Assembly: GCA_905214925.1 (NCBI GenBank)
Contig: CAJMOB010000004.1
Coordinates: 5,829 to 69,828, forward strand
Reading direction: 5' to 3'
DNA: 64,000 nucleotides
From: an uncultured bacterium
GTDB taxonomy: Bacteria; Bacillota; Clostridia; Lachnospirales; Lachnospiraceae
Of this stretch, positions 38,894 to 46,537 are shown one piece after another. A program made the translations under genes and the position numbers. The notes under the pieces are model-generated. The model was not told where the DNA came from. It did not search any database and saw only the letters and a program-made list of their open reading frames with translations. The first letter of the stretch is position 1. Each line of letters opens with the position of its first letter.

Positions 38894-39898
38894 TCAGCTT
38901 TTCTGAGAAGATGCGATTACTTTTTTCTCTACATTTCCTGTATTTTCTTCTTTTGAAGCGCTCATAGCTTTTTTTGATTCGCTTCCTTTACGACTTGCAA
39001 GTTCTTTCTTTTCAGAGCGAGCTGAAATATAATGAATCGCAAAAATAAATCCTAAAGAAATTAAGAAGAGTAAAAGTGCCATTGTCCAAAGAGCCATATT
39101 ATATTCTCCACCTTCCATAGCTCCACCCATATCAGAAGCAATAGAAGCTGTTAAGTTATTTGTTGGAGATAAAATATTTTTTGGGAAAGCTCTTGTTTTA
39201 CCAATTACCATAGCAACTGCTAATGCCTCACCAAAGGCTCTTGCAAGACCTAATACAATACCTGTTAAAATTCCTGTTTTTGCAGCTGGTAATACAACTT
39301 GATATGTTACTTGCCATCTTGTTGCTCCAAGACCATAAGCTGCTTTTCTATAATCTTTTGGTACGCTTCGTAATGCATCAGCTGTTACTGTTGTAATTGT
39401 TGGGAATATCATTACTGCTAATACAATTCCCGCAGCTAAAACAGAATATCCATGGGTCAAGTTGAATAAATCACGAATGGCAGGTACTAATACTGTCATA
39501 CCAACCCAACCATATACAACAGATGGAATTCCTACAAACAATTCCACTGTTGGTTGAAGAATTTTTGTTCCAAGCTTAGGTGCGATCTCGGTCATAAAAA
39601 TAGCTGCTGCAAAACTAAATGGTGCTGCGATTGCGAGTCCTAAAGCACATGTTACAATCGAACCGAAAATATAAATAGCTGCACCAACTTGTCCTCCACC
39701 TGCTGTACTATCTACTGGTGCCCAATCAGAGGAGAAGAAAAATTCCAACGGACTATGACCATAGACTGTAAATGTCCCAACTCCTTTATAGAGAAGGAAA
39801 CCACCGATGGCTAACGTCAATACAATGACAAATCCTCCACATACTGTAATTAATCCTCGAAAGAAATGTTCTTTGAAAAATAAATTTTTTCTATCCAT
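38894..39898 (-). CDS. pstC: Phosphate ABC transporter permease PstC with a Lys/Ser-rich C-terminal tail
   Basis: 334 aa. Loop ..ADALRSVPKDYRKAAYGLGATRWQ.. The last roughly 45 aa (SEKKELASRKGSESKKAMSASKEENTGNVEKKVIASSQKS) are low-complexity. Confidence 0.88.
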   Translation of the reverse strand: MDRKNLFFKEHFFRGLITVCGGFVIVLTLAIGGFLLYKGVGTFTVYGHSPLEFFFSSDWAPVDSTAGGGQVGAAIYIFGSIVTCALGLAIAAPFSFAAAIFMTEIAPKLGTKILQPTVELFVGIPSVVYGWVGMTVLVPAIRDLFNLTHGYSVLAAGIVLAVMIFPTITTVTADALRSVPKDYRKAAYGLGATRWQVTYQVVLPAAKTGILTGIVLGLARAFGEALAVAMVIGKTRAFPKNILSPTNNLTASIASDMGGAMEGGEYNMALWTMALLLFLISLGFIFAIHYISARSEKKELASRKGSESKKAMSASKEENTGNVEKKVIASSQKS

Positions 39899-39919
39899 AT
39901 CGTTTCCCTATCTTCCTTT

Positions 39920-40783
39920 TTATCTTTCTACTGTCATTTTTGCTGTTACACCATACCCTTGTTCTTCAATTCGAACTCCGTACTCATCGGATACAATATA
40001 GTCAAGATATGCTTTGATGACTCCCTTTGGTTCGCCTTTTGTATACATATACTCATATCCCCATACTGGATAGCTTCCATTATACGTATTTTCTAATGTA
40101 GGCTCTACACCATCAATTGCAAGGGCAGAAACTTTATTGTTATGAACGATATAAGGCAACGCCACATAACCAATTGCTCCCTTATTATCAGCAACTGTTT
40201 GTAATAATGTACCAGAATCATCGGTTTCTAATGCAGCACCACTCATTTCTTCATTTCCATCTAATGCGTACTCACGAAATACTGCTCTTGTTCCTGATGT
40301 TTGTGGACGCGCTATTAAAAGAATTTCTAAATCTGGTCCGCCAACTTCTTTCCAGTTTTTTATTTTTCCTGTAAAAATATCAATTAACTGCTGTTTTGTT
40401 AACCCATTTACTTCTTTTGCTAATTCAGGGTTTACAACGGTAGCAATTGTTACGGTACAAACTTTATGTGCTACAAGCTGACTATAATATTTTTCTTCTA
40501 ACTTATCTTCTGCTGGAACATCCGAGTTTCCAATATCCACAGAACCATCTGCTACTTGTTTTAGTCCTGTTCCAGAACCTCCAGCGTTTAATGTAACAGA
40601 AACATCTGGATTCGTTTCTTTAAACTTCTCTGCTGCATCCTTTGCTAATGGAAGAAGAGCGGAGGAACCAGAACCTGTAATAAATCCTGATACTCCAGTT
40701 GTTCCATTGCTAGAGCAACCTACGAAACTAAATGCCATGATTCCAACTAGGCACATTGCCATCAGTCTCTTTAATTTTCTCAT
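39920..40783 (-). CDS. pstS: Phosphate ABC transporter substrate-binding lipoprotein
   Basis: 287 aa. Lipobox FVGCSS and PstS motifs GSGSSALLP and NAGGSGTG. Confidence 0.9.
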   Translation of the reverse strand: MRKLKRLMAMCLVGIMAFSFVGCSSNGTTGVSGFITGSGSSALLPLAKDAAEKFKETNPDVSVTLNAGGSGTGLKQVADGSVDIGNSDVPAEDKLEEKYYSQLVAHKVCTVTIATVVNPELAKEVNGLTKQQLIDIFTGKIKNWKEVGGPDLEILLIARPQTSGTRAVFREYALDGNEEMSGAALETDDSGTLLQTVADNKGAIGYVALPYIVHNNKVSALAIDGVEPTLENTYNGSYPVWGYEYMYTKGEPKGVIKAYLDYIVSDEYGVRIEEQGYGVTAKMTVER

Positions 40784-40871
40784 ATGCGTTCTCTCCTGTT
40801 GCCTATATTATATTTATAGGGAATTTTTCTTTTACATATTATTTTTTACATTATTAACTATAAAGATCCTA

Positions 40872-40911
40872 TGTTAAATGTAAGATCGGATCTATGTTAA
40901 ATCTATGTAAA
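40872..40911 (-). promoter_or_regulatory. Pho-box-like direct repeats upstream of pstS
   Basis: The minus strand reads TTTACA-tagat-TTAACA-tagatccgatc-TTACAT-TTAACA (hexamers at 40911-40906, 40900-40895, 40884-40879, 40877-40872). The first pair has exact 11-bp phasing. It lies about 90-130 nt upstream of the pstS ATG. Confidence 0.55.
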
Positions 40912-41062
40912 ATTCTTCCCATATCCGTTAAGAATTATTAATGATAAGAAAGCTACGAATTATTTCCTATTAACACACAACGATGAGAATTTCGCGAAAA
41001 AAAAGAGATAGTATTTGTAAAAACACTATCTCTTTTCCACTTTTATATTTTCATTTAACAAA

Positions 41063-41079
41063 TGTAAAATCTATGTTAA
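41063..41079 (-). promoter_or_regulatory. Second Pho-box-like pair, distal to pstS
   Basis: The minus strand reads TTAACA-tagat-TTTACA (41079-41074, 41068-41063). It has the same spacer sequence as the proximal pair and lies about 280-300 nt upstream of pstS. Confidence 0.4.
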
Positions 41080-41102
41080 ATTACTTGTTATTTCATTTTA
41101 TC

Positions 41103-42140
41103 TTATAATGCATTAACAACTTCTTGAATCATCTCTTTTACAGAAGTAAGACCAGCTCCACCAAGGTACCATGTATCTGGTTCTAAGTAAATAATTTCAT
41201 TATTTTTTCCAGCATTTGTACCTTTTACTAAATCGTTATCTAATGTATCAGATGCTTTTACTTCTCCACCAACAACAGCGGTACGATCGATAACAAATAA
41301 GATATCTGGATTTACTTTTGAAATGTATTCAAAACTTGCTTCTTGACCGTGTGTAGATACTTCAATTGTATCATCGGCTGCTTTTACACCAAGAACATCA
41401 TGTACGATTCCAAAACGGGAACCTTTTCCATAAGCGCTAAGGCTACCATCATTTGTTAAAATTACAAGCGCATTTTTACCACTTTTTTCTGCTTTTTCCT
41501 GTCCTTCTTTCACTAATGCTTCGATTTCTTTTAACTTTTCTGTTGCCTCATCTTGTTTTCCAAATAACTCAGCAATCATATTTACATTTCTTTCGAAATC
41601 TCCCATATAATTGGTAGCTTCTTGATCAATATAAACAGTTGGAGCAATTTTATTGAGTTCCTCATAGTAATCGCTTTGACGTCCGCTAATAAAGATGACA
41701 TCTGGTTTAAACTCATAAATTCCCTCGATATCTGGTTGTTTAATTCCACCTGCATTGGTAGCTGTTGCATATTGGTCTAAATAAGAAGTTAAGTTTTCTG
41801 TAGGCACTGCTACTTCTGTATCAACATCTAATGCATCAATAATATCTAAAATTCCTAAGTCAAAAACCACCGCTTTCTTTGGATTCATCGGTACTACAGA
41901 AGTTCCTTTTGAATGTACAATTGTCATCTCATCTCCATTTACGGTATAGCTATCTTCCACGCTTTGGCTTTCTTCCCCTTTTTCTGTTTTACTTGCGCTA
42001 GCAGTAGCATCTGTACCCTCAGCACTTGTTGTCACTTCTGTTTTTGTTGTTGCTTCTGCTCCTGATTTTGTGTTTCCGCAACCTGCTAACATTGAAACTG
42101 CTAATGCTGTACATAACACAGCTGGTAAAATTTTTCTCAT
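41103..42140 (-). CDS. Siderophore/iron-chelate ABC transporter substrate-binding lipoprotein (YclQ/FatB-like)
   Basis: 345 aa. Lipobox LAGCGN followed by a low-complexity T/E/S linker and a class III (helical-backbone) SBP fold. Last gene of a permease-permease-ATPase-SBP operon. Confidence 0.75.
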   Translation of the reverse strand: MRKILPAVLCTALAVSMLAGCGNTKSGAEATTKTEVTTSAEGTDATASASKTEKGEESQSVEDSYTVNGDEMTIVHSKGTSVVPMNPKKAVVFDLGILDIIDALDVDTEVAVPTENLTSYLDQYATATNAGGIKQPDIEGIYEFKPDVIFISGRQSDYYEELNKIAPTVYIDQEATNYMGDFERNVNMIAELFGKQDEATEKLKEIEALVKEGQEKAEKSGKNALVILTNDGSLSAYGKGSRFGIVHDVLGVKAADDTIEVSTHGQEASFEYISKVNPDILFVIDRTAVVGGEVKASDTLDNDLVKGTNAGKNNEIIYLEPDTWYLGGAGLTSVKEMIQEVVNAL

Positions 42141-42225
42141 ATCATTTTCCTTCCTTTATGTTGATTTTTATCGTTGTTTCTTTATAAAAAATCTGTCCTT
42201 TTATCAGCGTTATTCTATCAATACT

Positions 42226-42984
42226 TTATTGATAGTAGAAACAGATCTTCTTTCCATCAATTGTTTTTACTGAGATATCCATGCCATAGATTTCTTTTAA
42301 TACGTTTTCATCAATCACTTCTTCTGTATCCCCTTGACAGATCACTTGTCCATTTTTCATAGCTACAATATGATCCGCATAACAAGAAACAAAATTAATA
42401 TCATGGATAACGACCATAATGGTCTTTCCTTTTTCTTTAATCAAACGCTTTAATACTTTCATAATCTGTACGGAATGTCGCATATCTAAGTTGTTTAACG
42501 GTTCATCCAAAAAGATATATTCTGTATCCTGTGCGATGACCATCGCAATAAATGCCATCTGTCTTTGTCCACCACTTAATTCATCTAAATAGCGGTCTTC
42601 CAACTCTTTTAATTCCATATAGTCAATGGCTTCTTCTACTTTTTTCTCGTCTTCCTTTGTCAATTTTCCTTTTGAATAAGGAAATCTTCCAAATTCCACA
42701 AGTTCTTTGACTGTCAGACGAATATTTAAATGATTGGTCTGTTTTAATATGGAAAGTTTTTTAGCAAGCACTTGTGTCTTCCAATTTTTTAACTCAACTT
42801 CATCAATATAAACTTCTCCTAAATCTTTTGAAAGCGTTCGACTGATAATAGAAAGCACTGTACTTTTTCCTGCTCCGTTACTCCCAACAAAAGCAATAAT
42901 CTTTTCTTTTGGCAGTTGTATTGTGACATTATCAACAACCTTTTTTTCTCCATAACTTTTTTGAATTCCTTTTGTTGCAATCAT
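42226..42984 (-). CDS. Iron-chelate ABC transporter ATP-binding protein
   Basis: Walker A GSNGAGKST, signature LSGGQRQMAFIA, Walker B IFLDEP. Overlaps the upstream permease by 4 nt. Confidence 0.85.
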   Translation of the reverse strand: MIATKGIQKSYGEKKVVDNVTIQLPKEKIIAFVGSNGAGKSTVLSIISRTLSKDLGEVYIDEVELKNWKTQVLAKKLSILKQTNHLNIRLTVKELVEFGRFPYSKGKLTKEDEKKVEEAIDYMELKELEDRYLDELSGGQRQMAFIAMVIAQDTEYIFLDEPLNNLDMRHSVQIMKVLKRLIKEKGKTIMVVIHDINFVSCYADHIVAMKNGQVICQGDTEEVIDENVLKEIYGMDISVKTIDGKKICFYYQ

Positions 42985-43952
42985 CGTTTCGCCTCCTTAA
43001 CCATTAAGTAAATAAAGTAAATTCCACCGACAAAGTTTACAATAACGCTAATCGTCGTATTAAATTCAAATACTCGTTCTACTACCATCTGTCCAAAAAT
43101 CAATGCAAAAGCTCCTAAGAAAAAAGCTCCTAAAATTCTTGTACTATGGTGATATGTCATAAGCATTTCTCGTGACAAACTTGCAACTAAAATTCCTAAA
43201 AACGTAATAGGACCTGTTAATGCTGTGGATACCGCCACAAGAACTGCTGTATTCATCAAATTTTTAAATAACATTCTTCGATAAGGAATTCCTAAACTAA
43301 TGGCATGATCTTGTCCTAATGCCATCGCATCTAGCGTTCTACAATCACGCCAAGTTAAAATCATACTTCCTAATACGATGAGAATACTGATTCCAAATAA
43401 ATCTTCATTAATCTTATCAAAGCCTGCAAACATCTTTCCTTGCAAAATCAAAAACTCATTTGGGTCTAATAGTACTTGCATAAACGTTGCTAATCCATTA
43501 AACAACCCACCAACAATCATTCCAGCAAGAACTAAAAAGTAAACACTTTTCCCTTCTTTCCAAAATAAAAGAGCAAAGAGCAGAAAAGAAAAAACAAGCA
43601 TCGCCCCAATGGAAAGAAAATAGCTGCTCATTCCTGTCATCATTGTTAATTGTTTTGATCCAAAGAAAAATACAATGACGGTCTGGATAAATAAGTATAG
43701 GGAATCCAATCCCATAACACTTGGCGTTAAAATTTTATTATTGGTCACTGTCTGAAACGTCACAGAAGAATAACCAATACAATAACTCGTAAGCAACATA
43801 GCTCCTATTTTCTTTAATCTTCTTGGTAGAAAAAATCCCATATTATCTTGATTCAGACCCCAACCAAGAAAAATAAGTATGGCAACAGCTGTGAGAAGTG
43901 CTAAAATCCCAATCATTTTTTTTGAAGAAATACGTTTCTTTGTCATCTCCAT
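42981..43952 (-). CDS. Iron-chelate ABC transporter permease (FecCD family)
   Basis: 323 aa, polytopic, FecCD-like (..MALGQDHAISLGIPYRR..). Confidence 0.8.
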   Translation of the reverse strand: MEMTKKRISSKKMIGILALLTAVAILIFLGWGLNQDNMGFFLPRRLKKIGAMLLTSYCIGYSSVTFQTVTNNKILTPSVMGLDSLYLFIQTVIVFFFGSKQLTMMTGMSSYFLSIGAMLVFSFLLFALLFWKEGKSVYFLVLAGMIVGGLFNGLATFMQVLLDPNEFLILQGKMFAGFDKINEDLFGISILIVLGSMILTWRDCRTLDAMALGQDHAISLGIPYRRMLFKNLMNTAVLVAVSTALTGPITFLGILVASLSREMLMTYHHSTRILGAFFLGAFALIFGQMVVERVFEFNTTISVIVNFVGGIYFIYLMVKEAKR

Positions 43953-44962
43953 TACGCACCTCCCTTTCTATTTTTCCAAAATAATAATATGGTAAATAAA
44001 AAGCTTCCAATTACGCTGACCACAACACTAATATTCATCTCATATGGCGCAATAATGATTCTTCCAAAAATATCACAAGCCATAACAAAAATAGCACCTA
44101 ATAAAGCGGTTTCAAATAAGGTTCCTTTTAAGTTATCTCCATGATAAAGAGATACTAAGTTAGGCACGATTAACCCAATAAAAGGAATACTTCCAACGGT
44201 TACGACAACAAGAGAGGTTGTAAATGCCACAACAACTAATCCAATCATGACAACTCTCTTATGGTTTAATCCAAGACTTGTGGAAAAGGACTCTCCCATT
44301 CCTGCAATTGTAAATTTACTAGCGTAAAAGTAAACAAGAATCAAACATGGAATCCCAAGATATAACATCTCGTACCTTCCTTTAATAACAAGTGAAAAAT
44401 TCCCTTGCAACCAAGAGGAAATATTTTGAACAATATCGTATTGATACGCAAAAAAAGTCGTAATGGAACTTACCACATTTCCCATCATCATACCAATTAA
44501 TGGAACGATAAACGCATTTTTTACTTGCAAGCCATTTAATAAAACCATAAATAAAATCGTTCCTACAAAAGCAACTCCAAAAGCTAAAATAACTTTCATC
44601 ATTGTTGCTTGGCTTCCTGCAAATAAAATGGAAATTGCTACACCCATACGGCACCATTCCATCGTACCTGCTGTCGATGGAGAGACAAATCGATTGTTTG
44701 TAATGGTTTGCATAATCAAGCCTGCTAAACTTAGAAGAGCTCCAGTAATAATAATGCTAAATGTTCTTGGCAAGCGACTAATATTGACAAGGAAATACTC
44801 TTTTCCATTTCCTCTTAACAAATCCATTAGATGAAACTCTTCTGCCCCTATGCTAATAGACACAATTGACAATATGAGTAAAGCCACAATCAAAATGCTA
44901 TAGGTAAGCACACGACTCTTTTTTCCATTTTTCTTAACTGTGCTTACTTCTGTTCTTTCCAT
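43952..44962 (-). CDS. Iron-chelate ABC transporter permease (FecCD family)
   Basis: 336 aa, polytopic, FecCD-like (..IAGMGESFSTSLGLNHKR..). First gene of the operon. Confidence 0.8.
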   Translation of the reverse strand: MERTEVSTVKKNGKKSRVLTYSILIVALLILSIVSISIGAEEFHLMDLLRGNGKEYFLVNISRLPRTFSIIITGALLSLAGLIMQTITNNRFVSPSTAGTMEWCRMGVAISILFAGSQATMMKVILAFGVAFVGTILFMVLLNGLQVKNAFIVPLIGMMMGNVVSSITTFFAYQYDIVQNISSWLQGNFSLVIKGRYEMLYLGIPCLILVYFYASKFTIAGMGESFSTSLGLNHKRVVMIGLVVVAFTTSLVVVTVGSIPFIGLIVPNLVSLYHGDNLKGTLFETALLGAIFVMACDIFGRIIIAPYEMNISVVVSVIGSFLFTILLFWKNRKGGA

Positions 44963-45025
44963 AGCGAAATCCTTTCTTTTATCTTCTTGGAAAATCCCTC
45001 AACTTATATGGAATATTTTCAAAAA

Positions 45026-45041
45026 GTTAGTCTAAGCTAAT
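45026..45041. promoter_or_regulatory. Palindrome copy C (GTTAGTCTAAGCTAAT) in the 5' leader of the siderophore ABC operon
   Basis: Matches the 46480-46495 core at 13 of 16 positions. Lies 64-79 nt upstream of the ATG at 44962. Confidence 0.45.
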
Positions 45042-45152
45042 CATTTAAGAAAAAAAATATAAAATCTGTTTACTGATTTCTTATATATTTTTTCCTCTTT
45101 ATCCCAATTATTTTTCTATTTTCCAATTTATTTTTCTTTATTTTATCATTTG

Positions 45153-45168
45153 GTTAGTTTACACTAAC
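45153..45168. promoter_or_regulatory. Palindrome copy B (GTTAGTTTACACTAAC), just downstream of the predicted siderophore-operon promoter
   Basis: Matches the 46480-46495 core at 14 of 16 positions. Begins 15 nt after the -10 hexamer at 45189-45184. Confidence 0.5.
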
Positions 45169-45183
45169 AGCAACATGTGTTAA

Positions 45184-45213
45184 ATTATATAGGAGCTATT
45201 CTTATTTTGTCAA
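45184..45213 (-). promoter_or_regulatory. Predicted sigma-A promoter of the siderophore ABC operon
   Basis: The minus strand reads TTGACA (45213-45208), an 18-nt spacer, then TATAAT (45189-45184). This implies a leader of about 215 nt. Confidence 0.5.
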
Positions 45214-45320
45214 GTCTTTTTTTATTTTCCAAAATAAGGTATTGATAAACTATCTCCTGATTATTTTTATTATTTATCATGCACAACAAATACAAAAATT
45301 TATGAAAGAAAGGACCTATT

Positions 45321-46187
45321 ATGTGGATCTTATTTGCAATTGCTTCCTCTATTTTTGCAGGATTAACGGCAATCTTATCAAAAATCGGAATTGAATCCGT
45401 AAACTCTCATTTGGCAACTGCCATTCGAACAACTGTTGTTTTATTCTTTTCTTGGCTTCTCGTTTTTATCAGTGGACATCAAACGGAAATTACTTCCATC
45501 ACGTTTTACACGCTTTGTTTCCTCATTCTATCAGGAGTGAGCACTGGAATCTCATGGCTTTTTTATTTTCGCGCCATGCAACTTGGAGAGGTAAATAAAG
45601 TATCTGCCATTGATAAAACAAGTACCATCCTGACCATTCTCTTAGCCTTTTTCTTTTTAAAAGAACCAATTTCACTTAAAAGCCTTGGTGGAATTTTATT
45701 CATCGCTTTTGGTACATGGCTTATGACAGGACTCCGCTCCCTAGCAGAGTTAAAATCTCATAATACTACGGATTATCGTTGGCTTTTTTATGGATTTGGA
45801 TCTGCCTTTTTTGCTAGCTTAACTGCCATATTCGGAAAAATTGGAATTGAAAATGTAAACTCCCAGTTAGGAACTGCTATACGAACCATTTTTGTTCTTA
45901 TTTGCGCTTGGGGACTTGTTTTCATTCAAGGAAAACAAAAAGAATTAAAACAGATTTCAAGGAAAAATTGGCTGTATTTATTGTTATCAGGAATTGCAAC
46001 AGGAGCTTCTTGGATTTGCTATTACCGTGCTTTGCAAGATGGTAATGCAAGTGTTGTCGTACCAATTGATAAACTGAGCATATTGGTAACGGTTATTTTC
46101 TCCTACTTTGTATTAAAAGAAACAATTTCCAATCGAACAAAACTTGGTGTTTCCTTTTTACTCATTGGAACTTTATTATTAATTTAA
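45321..46187 (+). CDS. EamA/DMT-family transporter
   Basis: 288 aa, 10 predicted TM helices arranged as two EamA repeats (..ILSKIGIESVNSHLATAIRT.. / ..IFGKIGIENVNSQLGTAIRT..). Confidence 0.8.
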   Translation: MWILFAIASSIFAGLTAILSKIGIESVNSHLATAIRTTVVLFFSWLLVFISGHQTEITSITFYTLCFLILSGVSTGISWLFYFRAMQLGEVNKVSAIDKTSTILTILLAFFFLKEPISLKSLGGILFIAFGTWLMTGLRSLAELKSHNTTDYRWLFYGFGSAFFASLTAIFGKIGIENVNSQLGTAIRTIFVLICAWGLVFIQGKQKELKQISRKNWLYLLLSGIATGASWICYYRALQDGNASVVVPIDKLSILVTVIFSYFVLKETISNRTKLGVSFLLIGTLLLI

Positions 46188-46317
46188 TAAAACAGTCTAT
46201 TATTACTAGAACAGGACAAAGTATGCATTGCACACTCTTCGCGACTTTAAGTTACTTCTAGCAATGCACACTTTGCGGCGCGCGAGCAGTTTGCGAAGCA
46301 AAATTATCTTCTTTGCG

Positions 46318-46398
46318 AGCTGCGCATCGCTTACACGTAGTGCTTTTTTATGTTATAGGATGTCTTGCCTTGCGAGGAATTTCCTATAACATAAAAAA
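46318..46398. repeat. Small palindromic repeat element, copy 2 (perfect 17-bp arms)
   Basis: Head agctgcgcatcgcttacacgtagtgc, then arms ttttttatgttatagga (46344-46360) and tcctataacataaaaaa (46382-46398) with a 21-nt loop. Confidence 0.65.
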
Positions 46399-46434
46399 AG
46401 CTCCATCTCATGAAACATGAAACGGAGCTTTTTT
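46393..46434. terminator. Bidirectional intrinsic terminator
   Basis: aaaaaaAGCTCCatctcatgaaacatgaaacGGAGCTttttt: the stem is extended by A/U pairs, with U-runs on both strands. Confidence 0.75.
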
Positions 46435-46478
46435 CGTAGTATAATAGTAGTGTAATAGTAGTTTATAAGGAAATATAA

Positions 46479-46498
46479 AGTTAGTTTAAACTAACTTA
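46479..46498. promoter_or_regulatory. Palindrome copy A: perfect 20-bp palindrome AAGTTAGTTTAAACTAACTT
   Basis: Read directly from the sequence. Begins 11 nt after the -10 hexamer of the 46537-46510 promoter. Confidence 0.55.
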
Positions 46499-46509
46499 AT
46501 GTAATTCAT

Positions 46510-46537
46510 ATTATAACATCTAATTTTAGTTTGTCAA
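46510..46537 (-). promoter_or_regulatory. Predicted sigma-A promoter with extended -10
   Basis: The minus strand reads TTGACA (46537-46532), a 16-nt spacer, then TGtTATAAT (TATAAT at 46515-46510). An A/T-rich tract lies upstream. Confidence 0.5.

Larger units (their letters stand above)
46393..46503 (-). ncRNA. Candidate small RNA of about 110 nt (promoter to terminator; no ORF or RBS)
   Basis: Bounded by a near-consensus promoter (46537-46510) and the terminator at 46434-46393. Predicted RNA: 5' palindrome hairpin, UUUCCUU, 2.5 copies of an 11-nt repeat ACUACUAUUAY, then the terminator. This is a prediction only. Confidence 0.35.

Noticed and set aside
40831-40850. Additional TTTACA hexamers on the plus strand (40831-40836, 40845-40850) between the Pho boxes and pstS.
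   Set aside because: They have the opposite orientation to pstS and a 14-bp spacing. TTTACA is common in this AT-rich DNA, so I did not count them as Pho boxes.
46222-46419. A continuous plus-strand frame runs through the GC-rich island and palindromic element: MHCTLFATLSYF-TAG-QCTLCGARAVCEAKLSSLRAAHRLHVVLFYVIGCLALRGISYNIKKAPSHET. I considered a small Cys-rich or hydrophobic peptide, or a TAG-recoded gene.
   Set aside because: - No RBS precedes the ATG.
- There is an in-frame stop.
- Copy 1 has a premature TGA in the same frame.
- The frame runs through two hairpins and a terminator.
- The third-position bias between the copies is based on too few sites to be decisive.
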